Positions 9,852 to 17,993 of a DNA stretch of 64,000 nucleotides are shown piece after piece; the stretch's first letter is position 1; every line of letters starts with the position of its first letter. The position numbers and the translations under genes were made by a program. Source of the DNA: Myxococcales bacterium (GTDB lineage: Bacteria > Myxococcota_A > Polyangia > Polyangiales > DASUME01); the NCBI GenBank assembly GCA_047601445.1, contig JASGJH010000001.1, positions 704,001-768,000 of the forward strand, read 5' to 3'. The notes below the pieces were generated by a model. It did no database searches. It had not been told where the DNA came from and saw only the letters and a program-made list of their open reading frames with translations.

Positions 9852-10878
9852 TCAGCCTTCGGACGCTCCAGGCGGCGAGGATTGTGAGGGGGGCGAATTG
9901 GGCAGGTCCGGTCGGTAGAGGTAGCCCTGCTGTTGGAACACGCAGATGCGGTCGCGACCATCGTGCTTCGCACGGTAGAGGGCCTCGTCGGCGGCCTTGA
10001 GCAGCTGATCCTTGCTCTTGATGTCGCGGCTCGGATAGAGCGAGATGCCTACCGAAATGGTCACCTTCAAGCGCTTGTCCGCGCCGACCGTCACGCTCTT
10101 CTGTCCGACCGTCCGCCACACGCGATCGGCCACCGTGAGCGCGCCGGCGAAATGCGTGTTCGGCAGGACGAGCAAGAACTCCTCGCCCCCATAGCGCGCC
10201 ACCACGTCGACTTCGCGCACGGCCCCCGAGATGCGTTGGGCCACCTCGCGCAACACCTGATCTCCCACGTCGTGACCGTGCTCGTCGTTGACGTTCTTGA
10301 AGCGATCGATGTCGATCATCGCGCAGGCCAGCGGGTAGCGGTAGCGCTGGGCGCGCTTGAACTCTTCTCCCAGCCGCGTCTGCAGGTACCGATAGTTGTA
10401 GGTGCCGGTCAGTTCGTCCTGGATGGCCAGACGCTCGAGACGCTTCTTGCTCTCGAGTACCTCGTCGTGGGCCCGCTTGAGACGCAGCAAATTGTCCACG
10501 CGCGCCAGCAGCTCGCGCTCGTCGAAGGGCTTGCCCAGATAGTCATCTGCACCGATGCGCAGTCCCTCGATGCGGCTCTCCGTGTCGCTGCGCGAGGTGA
10601 GCAGTACGATCGGTAGGAAGCGCTCGTCCGACATCCCTTTGAGCAGCCGACAGCATTCGATCCCGCTCAGGCGCGGCATGACGATGTCCAAAATCGCCAG
10701 GTCTACGCCGCCTTTCTTGGCGCGATCGAGGGCGGCTTGGCCGTCCTCGACGGCCTCCACGCGCAGGCCATGGTCCTGCAACACCTTGGTTACCATCTGG
10801 CGGGCGATGCGGTCGTCTTCGGCGACCAGTACCAGGGGAATTTCCTGCCGCTGCGGGGGCTCCGAATCCAGCCTGCAT
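9852..10878 (-). CDS. Response-regulator diguanylate cyclase (REC-GGEEF); apparent +1 frameshift near 10866
   Basis: REC start LVLVAEDD lies upstream of the first in-frame ATG; removing one base at GAATC 10864-10868 joins it to ATG 10878; AILDIVMP phospho-Asp; RxxD I-site (REVD) and GGEEF. Confidence 0.88.
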
Positions 10879-11193
10879 TCGTTTCAGGGTACGTCCTTCC
10901 CCCGCGCCTGTCTATGGACAGGTGAGATCCGGGAAAGCCTCGTGTGCACGAGGGCTTTCATCGCGCTACACGGATTATGCCAAAAGCCGTAAGCGGCTTC
11001 TCAGCACGGCCCCGGGGGCCTATACTTCAACAAGGCTCGACCGCCGTCGGTTCATGTCAGCGACCGCCGGTGCTCGAGGCCAAGCCCAGAGATTGGACGA
11101 GCCCGGCACGGTCGGGTTCCCCGCGCAGAAGTACGGAACTGAATCTGCCCGCCGCGAGAGCGGGCGCACTTCGACCGCGGTAAGGAGAACGGG

Positions 11194-12675
11194 ATGGAGA
11201 TTAAGCAGCAGCTACGGCTCTCACAACAGCTCGTGATGACGCCACAGCTGCAGCAGGCCATCAAACTGCTCCAGATGTCTCGGATGGAGCTCGTCGACAT
11301 GGTTCGCGAGGAGCTCATGGAGAACCCGGTCCTGGAGGACACCCAGGATCAGGCGGACGGCATCCGGGCCGACCGGAGTGAACAGGCCGCCGAGCGGGCC
11401 GAGATCAGCACCATCGATCAGCAGATCAACGCCGACGACCGGGCGGTGGGGCTCGAGAACAAGGCCAGCGAAAAGAAGGCCGACGAGATCGACTGGGAGC
11501 GCTATCTCGAGAACCACGCGTTGCAGGCGCCACTGCCCTCGTTCCGCGGCGGTCTCGAAGACGAGATGCCCAGCTACGAGGCCACGGCCACGCGCGCCGA
11601 GGACCTCACCGATCACCTCACCTGGCAGGTGCGCATGAGCGACCTGCTCGACGACGAGAAGGGGTTCGCCCTGCTCGTGATCGGAAACCTCGACGATCAC
11701 GGCTATTTGCGCGTGGAAGGTGTGGCCGAAGAGGAAATCGTCCCCAGGCTCGCGGCCGAAGCGGGTCTCGATCCTGAAGACGCCGAAGAGGTGCTCAAGA
11801 TCATCCAGCGCTTCGATCCCGTGGGCGTGGGCTCACGCAGCCTGCGCGAGTGCTTGTTGATGCAAGCCGAGCACTTCGGGCTCGACCAGCTCGCCATCCA
11901 GGTGCTGGGAGAACACCTGCACAACCTGGAGAAGCGTAACTACCAGGCCATCGCCAAGGCGCTCAAGGTTACCGTCGAAGAGGTCTACGACGTTGCCCAG
12001 GTCATCTCCGAGCTGGAGCCACGCCCAGGGCGCAACTTCGTCAGCGAGGAGCCCCGCTACATCACCCCGGACGTCGAGGTGATCAAGGTCGGGGACGAAT
12101 ACTTCGTGCGCGCCAACGACGACGGCATGCCGCGCCTGAAGATCAGCAACTTCTACCGGGCCGCCATGCAGGGGGACCCGAAGGCCAAGGAGTACATCCA
12201 GGGCAAGCTGCGCAGCGCGCAGTGGCTCATCCGCAGCATCGACCAGCGCCGCAAGACCATCGTGCGCGTGACCGAATGCATCGTGGAGAAGCAGCGCGAA
12301 TTCTTCGACCGCGGCATCGACTACCTGAAGCCGATGATCCTGCGCGACGTGGCCGAAACCGTGGGCATGCACGAGAGCACGATCTCGCGCGTGACCAGCA
12401 ATAAGTATGTAAACACACCTCAGGGGCTGTACGAGCTCAAGTTCTTCTTCAACAGCGCCATCCGCCGCGAACACGATGATGACATCGCGTCCGAGAGCGT
12501 GAAGCAGGCGATCAAGAAGATCATTTCCGAGGAAGAAGCCAAGGAACCGCACAGCGATCAGAAGATTGTGGAGATCCTCGCGCAACAGGACATCGTCATC
12601 GCGCGGCGAACGGTGGCAAAGTATCGGGAGATGCTTGGCATCTTGAGTTCGTCGAAGCGCAAGAAGTACTTTTAA
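11194..12675 (+). CDS. rpoN: RNA polymerase sigma-54 factor
   Basis: MTPQLQQAIKLLQ, HESTISRVT, RpoN box ARRTVAKYRE; RBS AAGGAG. Confidence 0.98.
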   Translation: MEIKQQLRLSQQLVMTPQLQQAIKLLQMSRMELVDMVREELMENPVLEDTQDQADGIRADRSEQAAERAEISTIDQQINADDRAVGLENKASEKKADEIDWERYLENHALQAPLPSFRGGLEDEMPSYEATATRAEDLTDHLTWQVRMSDLLDDEKGFALLVIGNLDDHGYLRVEGVAEEEIVPRLAAEAGLDPEDAEEVLKIIQRFDPVGVGSRSLRECLLMQAEHFGLDQLAIQVLGEHLHNLEKRNYQAIAKALKVTVEEVYDVAQVISELEPRPGRNFVSEEPRYITPDVEVIKVGDEYFVRANDDGMPRLKISNFYRAAMQGDPKAKEYIQGKLRSAQWLIRSIDQRRKTIVRVTECIVEKQREFFDRGIDYLKPMILRDVAETVGMHESTISRVTSNKYVNTPQGLYELKFFFNSAIRREHDDDIASESVKQAIKKIISEEEAKEPHSDQKIVEILAQQDIVIARRTVAKYREMLGILSSSKRKKYF

Positions 12676-12717
12676 GACGTCCCGCCGGCGCGGTGCCGGC
12701 AAATCGGAGGGTTAGCT

Positions 12718-13029
12718 ATGAGAATCGCATTCACGTTCCGCAATCTCGATTCATCTGATGCGATCAAGAACTACGCCTCCGAAAAGCTCGCCAAAGTACA
12801 GAAATACTTGAGGGCCCCCCTCGACGCCGACGTCACGGTGTCGGTGGAGCGCCACTATCACCAGGTCGAAGTCGTGCTCCGCTCCGATGGCCATACCTTC
12901 GTGGCCACCGAGCAATCCGACGACATGTACAAGTCCATCGACATCGTGTCCGACACGGTGGAGTCCCAGATTCGTCGCACCAAAGGGGCCGAACAGGACC
13001 GGCGGCGCCAGGCCAACTCAGAAAAGTGA
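12718..13029 (+). CDS. hpf: Ribosome hibernation promoting factor (short HPF/RaiA)
   Basis: FRNLDSSDAIKNYASEKL, DMYKSID, QIRRTK; position downstream of rpoN. Confidence 0.92.
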   Translation: MRIAFTFRNLDSSDAIKNYASEKLAKVQKYLRAPLDADVTVSVERHYHQVEVVLRSDGHTFVATEQSDDMYKSIDIVSDTVESQIRRTKGAEQDRRRQANSEK

Positions 13030-13082
13030 ACCGCGCGCGATTGCGTGCGGTGAAATCCTAGGGTAATCGGCGAGCGCTGGTT

Positions 13083-13544
13083 ATGCGGCTCATCGACATT
13101 CTCAGCGAAGAGCGGGTTACGACGCGACTCTCGGTCTCGAGCAAAGACGAGGCCCTGAGGGCGCTGTCGCAGCTATTTGCCGAACGCGACCCCGCGCTCG
13201 ATGTGAACGTCGTCCATGAGGTGCTGTCCGAGCGCGAGCGCCTGGCCAGCACCGGCGTGGGCAGCAGCGTGGCCATTCCCCATGGACGCATATCGGCTAT
13301 CGATGACCTGCGTGCGGCCATGGCGATCAGCCGAGACGGTATCCCGTTCGAGGCCATCGATGGCGCGCCGGTGCGCATCATCATCGGCGTGCTGGCGCCA
13401 CAGCATCACACCGGCGATCACTTGAGGGTCTTGGCGCGGGTTTCGCGCCTGTTGCGGAACAGCGAGGTCCGAGAGGGCTTGCTGGGGGCGGAGGACGCCC
13501 ACGCTGCCTACGAGGTGATCGCCCGTGCCGACCGACAAGCCTGA
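13083..13544 (+). CDS. ptsN: PTS IIA (Ntr-type)
   Basis: ERERLASTGVGSSVAIPHGR with phospho-His; HLRVLARVSRLL. Confidence 0.9.
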   Translation: MRLIDILSEERVTTRLSVSSKDEALRALSQLFAERDPALDVNVVHEVLSERERLASTGVGSSVAIPHGRISAIDDLRAAMAISRDGIPFEAIDGAPVRIIIGVLAPQHHTGDHLRVLARVSRLLRNSEVREGLLGAEDAHAAYEVIARADRQA

Positions 13545-14544
13545 GGAATCCGCGCGGGACCAGCGTGCGCAGGGCGCAGTCGCAGACCGCGAGGCGTCAA
13601 GAGAGGTCCAGCGGGTTTCCGTGCGGGAGCTCCTCGAGCATCCGGATCTGCGCGAGGGCTTCACGTTGCGGGCCGGGGCTCCCGGGGTGGACCGCTTCAT
13701 CGACCACCAGCGGGTGCAGAAGTCTGGCCTGGTGCTGGCCATGCACTCCCAAGGCGTGTTGCCGCAGCGGATCCAGGTGCTCGGCGAAACCGAGATCAGT
13801 TATCTGGAGAGCTTGCCCGCGTCGGTGCGGGAAGAACGCGTCGTGTTCATGCTCTCGCTGGGCATGTCCCTGGTGGTGGTCACGCGCGGCGTGGAGCCGC
13901 CGCGGGCCCTGGTGGAGCACGCCGACCGCACGGGAACACCGCTCGTGATCTCGAGCCTGCGCTCGAGCGCCACCATCAATCGCCTGCACCATGTGCTCGA
14001 TCACGTGCTCGCGGCACGCACTCGCGTGCACGGCGTGTTCGTGGTGGTCCACGGCGTAGGTATTCTGCTCACGGGAGCCAGCGGCATCGGCAAGAGCGAG
14101 TGCGCGCTCTTCTTGGTGGAGCGCGGGCACCGGCTGGTGGCGGACGACCAGGTCGAGCTCACGCGCTTGCCCAACTCGACCCTGCTCGGGGCCCCGATCC
14201 CACTGCTGAAGCATCATTTGGAGATTCGGGGACTTGGCATCCTGAACATCCGCGACCTATTTGGCGCTACGGCGGTGCGTGAAGCGGCCCGGGTGGACCT
14301 GGTGGTCGAGCTGTGTCCCTTCCGTGACGACGAGTCTTACGAACGGCTGGGGCTCGACGACCAGAGCATCGAGCTGCTGGAAACCAGCGTCTCCAAGCTG
14401 CGGGTACCCGTGCGGCCCGGGCGAGATATGGCGGTCATCCTCGAGATCTCCGCGCGCAACCATCTGCTCAAACGTGAGGGCCTACACGGGGCGCGCCGGT
14501 TCGCCGAGCGGCTCGACCGAGAGCTCTTCCATCGTGACAAGTGA
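13525..14544 (+). CDS. hprK: HPr kinase/phosphorylase
   Basis: RIQVLGETE, GASGIGKSECAL, HRLVADD, LEIRGLGI, PVRPGR; start uncertain. Confidence 0.95.
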   Translation: MPTDKPEESARDQRAQGAVADREASREVQRVSVRELLEHPDLREGFTLRAGAPGVDRFIDHQRVQKSGLVLAMHSQGVLPQRIQVLGETEISYLESLPASVREERVVFMLSLGMSLVVVTRGVEPPRALVEHADRTGTPLVISSLRSSATINRLHHVLDHVLAARTRVHGVFVVVHGVGILLTGASGIGKSECALFLVERGHRLVADDQVELTRLPNSTLLGAPIPLLKHHLEIRGLGILNIRDLFGATAVREAARVDLVVELCPFRDDESYERLGLDDQSIELLETSVSKLRVPVRPGRDMAVILEISARNHLLKREGLHGARRFAERLDRELFHRDK

Positions 14545-14604
14545 CGCGGGCTCCAGACGCCGGACGACGACGTTGCACGTCGCAAAATTGAGTATGCTTG
14601 TGTC

Positions 14605-15462
14605 ATGAGCGCACAGCTCGTCATCGTCACGGGGCTGTCGGGGGCCGGTCGCACCACGGCCCTCAGAGTGCTCGAGGATCTCGGCTTCTATTGCGTCGAC
14701 AATCTGCCTCCGCGGCTCGCACCGGGGCTGCTCGAGCTGCTCGAGAGCGGCAACGAGGAGGTACCGGTGGGGCTCGGGGTCGACGTGCGCAGCGGCGTCT
14801 TCTTGGAGGGCGCCGGCGACGCGCTCGACGAGCTAGCCGCGCGCGGGTTTCCGCCGGAGGTGCTGTTCCTGGATGCCTCGGACGAGGCGTTGACCCGGCG
14901 CTTCAGCGAGACGCGGCGGCCTCATCGCCTGGCCCCGAGCGGGGATCTGCTGTCGGCGATCCGAGCCGAGCGCGAGCGCCTGGCGCCCCTGCGCCGCCGT
15001 GCCAGCCGCGTCATCGACACCACGCATCTCAACGTGCACGACCTGCGTCGCCAGTTGGTGGCCATCGTCTCGGGCCGACCCGACGGCATTCGCCTGGTCA
15101 CCCGCGTCGTCTCGTTCGGCTTCAAGTACGGCCTGCCGCAGGATGCCGACTTGGTGTTCGATCTGCGTTACCTGCCGAACCCCTATTTCGTGCCGGAACT
15201 GAGCGCCTTGAGCGGGCTCACCGAGCCGGTGCGCAACTACGTGCTGCAGACCGCAGAGGCGCAAGATCTACTCGAGGATTTGTCGCGCCTGTTGCAGAAG
15301 CTGCTGCCGCGCTACGCGGCCGAGGGCAAGGCCTATCTCACGGTGGCCATCGGCTGCACCGGTGGGCGGCACCGCTCGGTGGCCATGGCGGAGGCTCTCG
15401 GCGCCAAGCTCTCACACGGCGAGGTGGTGGTCGTGCACCGTGACGTCGAGAGGGCGAAGTGA
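14605..15462 (+). CDS. rapZ: RNase adapter RapZ/YvcJ family P-loop protein
   Basis: GLSGAGRT, EDLGFYCVDNLP, SFGFKYG, LPNPYF, IGCTGGRHRSV. Confidence 0.95.
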   Translation: MSAQLVIVTGLSGAGRTTALRVLEDLGFYCVDNLPPRLAPGLLELLESGNEEVPVGLGVDVRSGVFLEGAGDALDELAARGFPPEVLFLDASDEALTRRFSETRRPHRLAPSGDLLSAIRAERERLAPLRRRASRVIDTTHLNVHDLRRQLVAIVSGRPDGIRLVTRVVSFGFKYGLPQDADLVFDLRYLPNPYFVPELSALSGLTEPVRNYVLQTAEAQDLLEDLSRLLQKLLPRYAAEGKAYLTVAIGCTGGRHRSVAMAEALGAKLSHGEVVVVHRDVERAK

Positions 15463-15737
15463 TGTCGGAGGCGCGCGGCAAGTTCCTGATCGTCAACAAG
15501 CTCGGCATGCACGCGCGGGCCGCCACCAAGCTCGTCCAGACCGCCAGCCGTTTCAAGGCCGACATCCAGGTCCAGAAAGACGGTCACTCCGCCAACGCCA
15601 AGAGTGTGATGGGCGTGCTGCTCCTGTGTGGTCATCAGGGTTCCAGCGTGGAGGTCTCGGCGCAGGGAGAGGACGCCGAAGAGGCCGTGAGGACGATCGG
15701 TGAGCTGATCGACAACCGCTTCGGGGAGTCGAGCTGA
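15459..15737 (+). CDS. ptsH: Phosphocarrier protein HPr
   Basis: GMHARAA (His15), NAKSVMGV (Ser46). Confidence 0.95.
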   Translation: MMSEARGKFLIVNKLGMHARAATKLVQTASRFKADIQVQKDGHSANAKSVMGVLLLCGHQGSSVEVSAQGEDAEEAVRTIGELIDNRFGESS

Positions 15738-17506
15738 TGTCCACGGAGCGCCGGGTCTTGAGCGGTATCGCCGCATCCCCTGGCGTTGCGGTCGGTCGAG
15801 TCTGCATCGTCGATCGCTCCCATGTCTACGTGCCCAGGCGTTACGTGGCGCGCGATGAGCTTGCGGCCGAAGAGAAGCGCCTGCACCAGGCCATCGAAGC
15901 GTCGCGCATGGAGCTGGAGAGCATCCGCGCGCGCATCGGCTCGGTGGCGGAGAACCGCTTGCTGCTCGACGCTCAGCTCTTGATGCACCGGGACGAGCTC
16001 TTGATCGATGGTGCGATCGAGCTCTTGCGGGAGCGCTCCATCAACGCCGAATGGGCGCTCGCCCAGGTCATCGCGCGCATCGCGGAGCGCATGCGCCAGG
16101 CCAACGAGGAGTACTTCCGCGAGCGCGCGGTGGACATCGAGCACGTGGGCCAGCGCATCCAGCACAAGCTGGTGGGGGGCGACATGATGTTGCCTCAAGT
16201 TGGGCCCGACTCGGTGATCGTGGCGGACGACCTCGGACCCGCCGACGCCGCACAGCTGCTGCGCTCCATGGCCGGTGGCATCGCGATCGATCTGGGCAGC
16301 GCCTCCAGCCACACGGCCATTCTCGCGCGCGCCCTGCATATCCCCGCGGTGGTGGGGGTCCGCAACTTGTCGCGGCTGGTGGCCGACGACGACCTCGTGA
16401 TCGTCGACGCGTTCCGGGGTGAGGTGGTGCTGTCGCCGAGTGAATCCGAGCTGGAGCTCGCGCGCTCGCGCGGGCAGCGCTATCGCACGTTCACCCAGGG
16501 CCTACGTGAGCGCGTGGGTCCGAGCGTGCAGACCCGCGAGGGAACCCAAATCGTGCTCGACGCCAACGTCGAGGTGCCGCCCGAGGCCGCGCTGGCGCTG
16601 GCGGCCGGGGCTTCGGGTATCGGGCTCTACCGAACCGAGTTTCTGTACCTCGATCGCACCTCCACGCCGAACGAAGAAGAGCAAGCCACCATCTACCGCG
16701 ACGTGGCGCAGGTGCTCGCGCCGCGCCCGGTGGTCTTTCGCACCTTCGATATGGGAGGCGATCGCTTGCACGGCTTCGAGCGCGAGGCCGACTCGTTCAA
16801 CCCCGCGCTCGGCCTGCGCGCGTTGCGACTCGGCCTCTCGCATCCCTCGCTGCTGAAGACCCAGCTGCGCGCCATCCTGCGCGCCAGCGAGCTCGGTAAT
16901 GTCCACATCATGTTCCCGCTCGTAACCAGCGTGCAGGAGCTGCGCTGCGCGCGCGCTCTCTTGGCCCAGGTGACGCAGGAGCTCGAGGCCGAAGGAGTGG
17001 CCCTGGGAGAGGTGAAGGTGGGCTGCATGATCGAGGTGCCCTCGGCCGCGCTCACGGCGGGCGCGCTGGCCCGGGAGTGCGACTTCTTCTCGGTCGGCAC
17101 CAACGATCTCGTGCAGTACGCCATGGCCGTCGACCGCTCGAACCCGCAGGTGGCTCACCTGGGCAATCCTCTGCACCCCGCGGTGTTGCGCCTGCTCGAG
17201 ATGACCACCAAGGCCGGCAAGCAACACAACATCGACGTGGCCATGTGCGGCGGCATGGCGGCGGACCTGATCGCCTTGCCCATCGTGCTCGGGCTGGGTT
17301 ACGAGCACCTCTCGGTGGACATCGGCTACCTGCCCCTGACGCGTGCCTGCATCGAGCGGGTCGACATGAAGATGGCGCGAGAAGTCGCCGCCTACGCGCT
17401 CGAATGTGGCACGGCGGAAGAAGTGCGTGAGCTGGTCATGCGGTATTTTCGGACCGACTTGCGGGAGCTCTGGGAGGAGCAGGGGCTAATCCATGAAGGT
17501 TCATGA
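15737..17506 (+). CDS. ptsI: Phosphoenolpyruvate-protein phosphotransferase (Enzyme I)
   Basis: GIAASPGVAVG, SHTAILARA, GIGLYRTEFLY, MIEVPSAA, SVGTNDLVQY; no N-terminal GAF domain. Confidence 0.95.
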   Translation: MSTERRVLSGIAASPGVAVGRVCIVDRSHVYVPRRYVARDELAAEEKRLHQAIEASRMELESIRARIGSVAENRLLLDAQLLMHRDELLIDGAIELLRERSINAEWALAQVIARIAERMRQANEEYFRERAVDIEHVGQRIQHKLVGGDMMLPQVGPDSVIVADDLGPADAAQLLRSMAGGIAIDLGSASSHTAILARALHIPAVVGVRNLSRLVADDDLVIVDAFRGEVVLSPSESELELARSRGQRYRTFTQGLRERVGPSVQTREGTQIVLDANVEVPPEAALALAAGASGIGLYRTEFLYLDRTSTPNEEEQATIYRDVAQVLAPRPVVFRTFDMGGDRLHGFEREADSFNPALGLRALRLGLSHPSLLKTQLRAILRASELGNVHIMFPLVTSVQELRCARALLAQVTQELEAEGVALGEVKVGCMIEVPSAALTAGALARECDFFSVGTNDLVQYAMAVDRSNPQVAHLGNPLHPAVLRLLEMTTKAGKQHNIDVAMCGGMAADLIALPIVLGLGYEHLSVDIGYLPLTRACIERVDMKMAREVAAYALECGTAEEVRELVMRYFRTDLRELWEEQGLIHEGS

Positions 17507-17921
17507 GTTTGCGGCACCGGATCACGCGTTCAATCATCGCTTCCGCGTGGCGGTTTCGGATATCGACGAGCTCGGGCACGCCAACAACGTCGTTTGGGTG
17601 CGCTGGATCAACGAGGCGGCTTTGGCTCACTGCGAGGCCGTGGGGTTCGGTCCCAAGGCGCTCACGGACCTTGCGCTCGCCTGGGTGGTGCGGCGTCACG
17701 ACATCGAGTACCTGCTGCCTGCGCTGGCGGACCAGGAGATCGAAGCGTTCACGTGGCCCGTCACGCTCAAGGGCGTGACCTCCATGCGGCGCACCCTGTT
17801 TCAGCACGCGGGCAAGGTCCTGGCCCGCGCCGAGACCACCTGGATCATGATTGATCTGACCTCGGCCAAGCCCAAGCGGGTACCGCCCGAGTTCGCGCGC
17901 GTTTTCGGCTTCGCGGCGTAG
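17493..17921 (+). CDS. Acyl-CoA thioesterase (hotdog, 4HBT/YbgC-like)
   Basis: DIDELGHANN motif. Confidence 0.88.
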   Translation: MKVHEFAAPDHAFNHRFRVAVSDIDELGHANNVVWVRWINEAALAHCEAVGFGPKALTDLALAWVVRRHDIEYLLPALADQEIEAFTWPVTLKGVTSMRRTLFQHAGKVLARAETTWIMIDLTSAKPKRVPPEFARVFGFAA

Positions 17922-17993
17922 GCAGGGAGGAGCCCGCGCCGACCAGGGCAGGGCGCTGTGCTCGCGTCGCAAACGGCTCGATGGGCCGCGTGC

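Noticed and set aside
14632..14658. RapZ Walker A has Arg in place of Lys (GLSGAGRT)
   Set aside because: This variant is known in other RapZ/YvcJ homologues, so it is not evidence of inactivation
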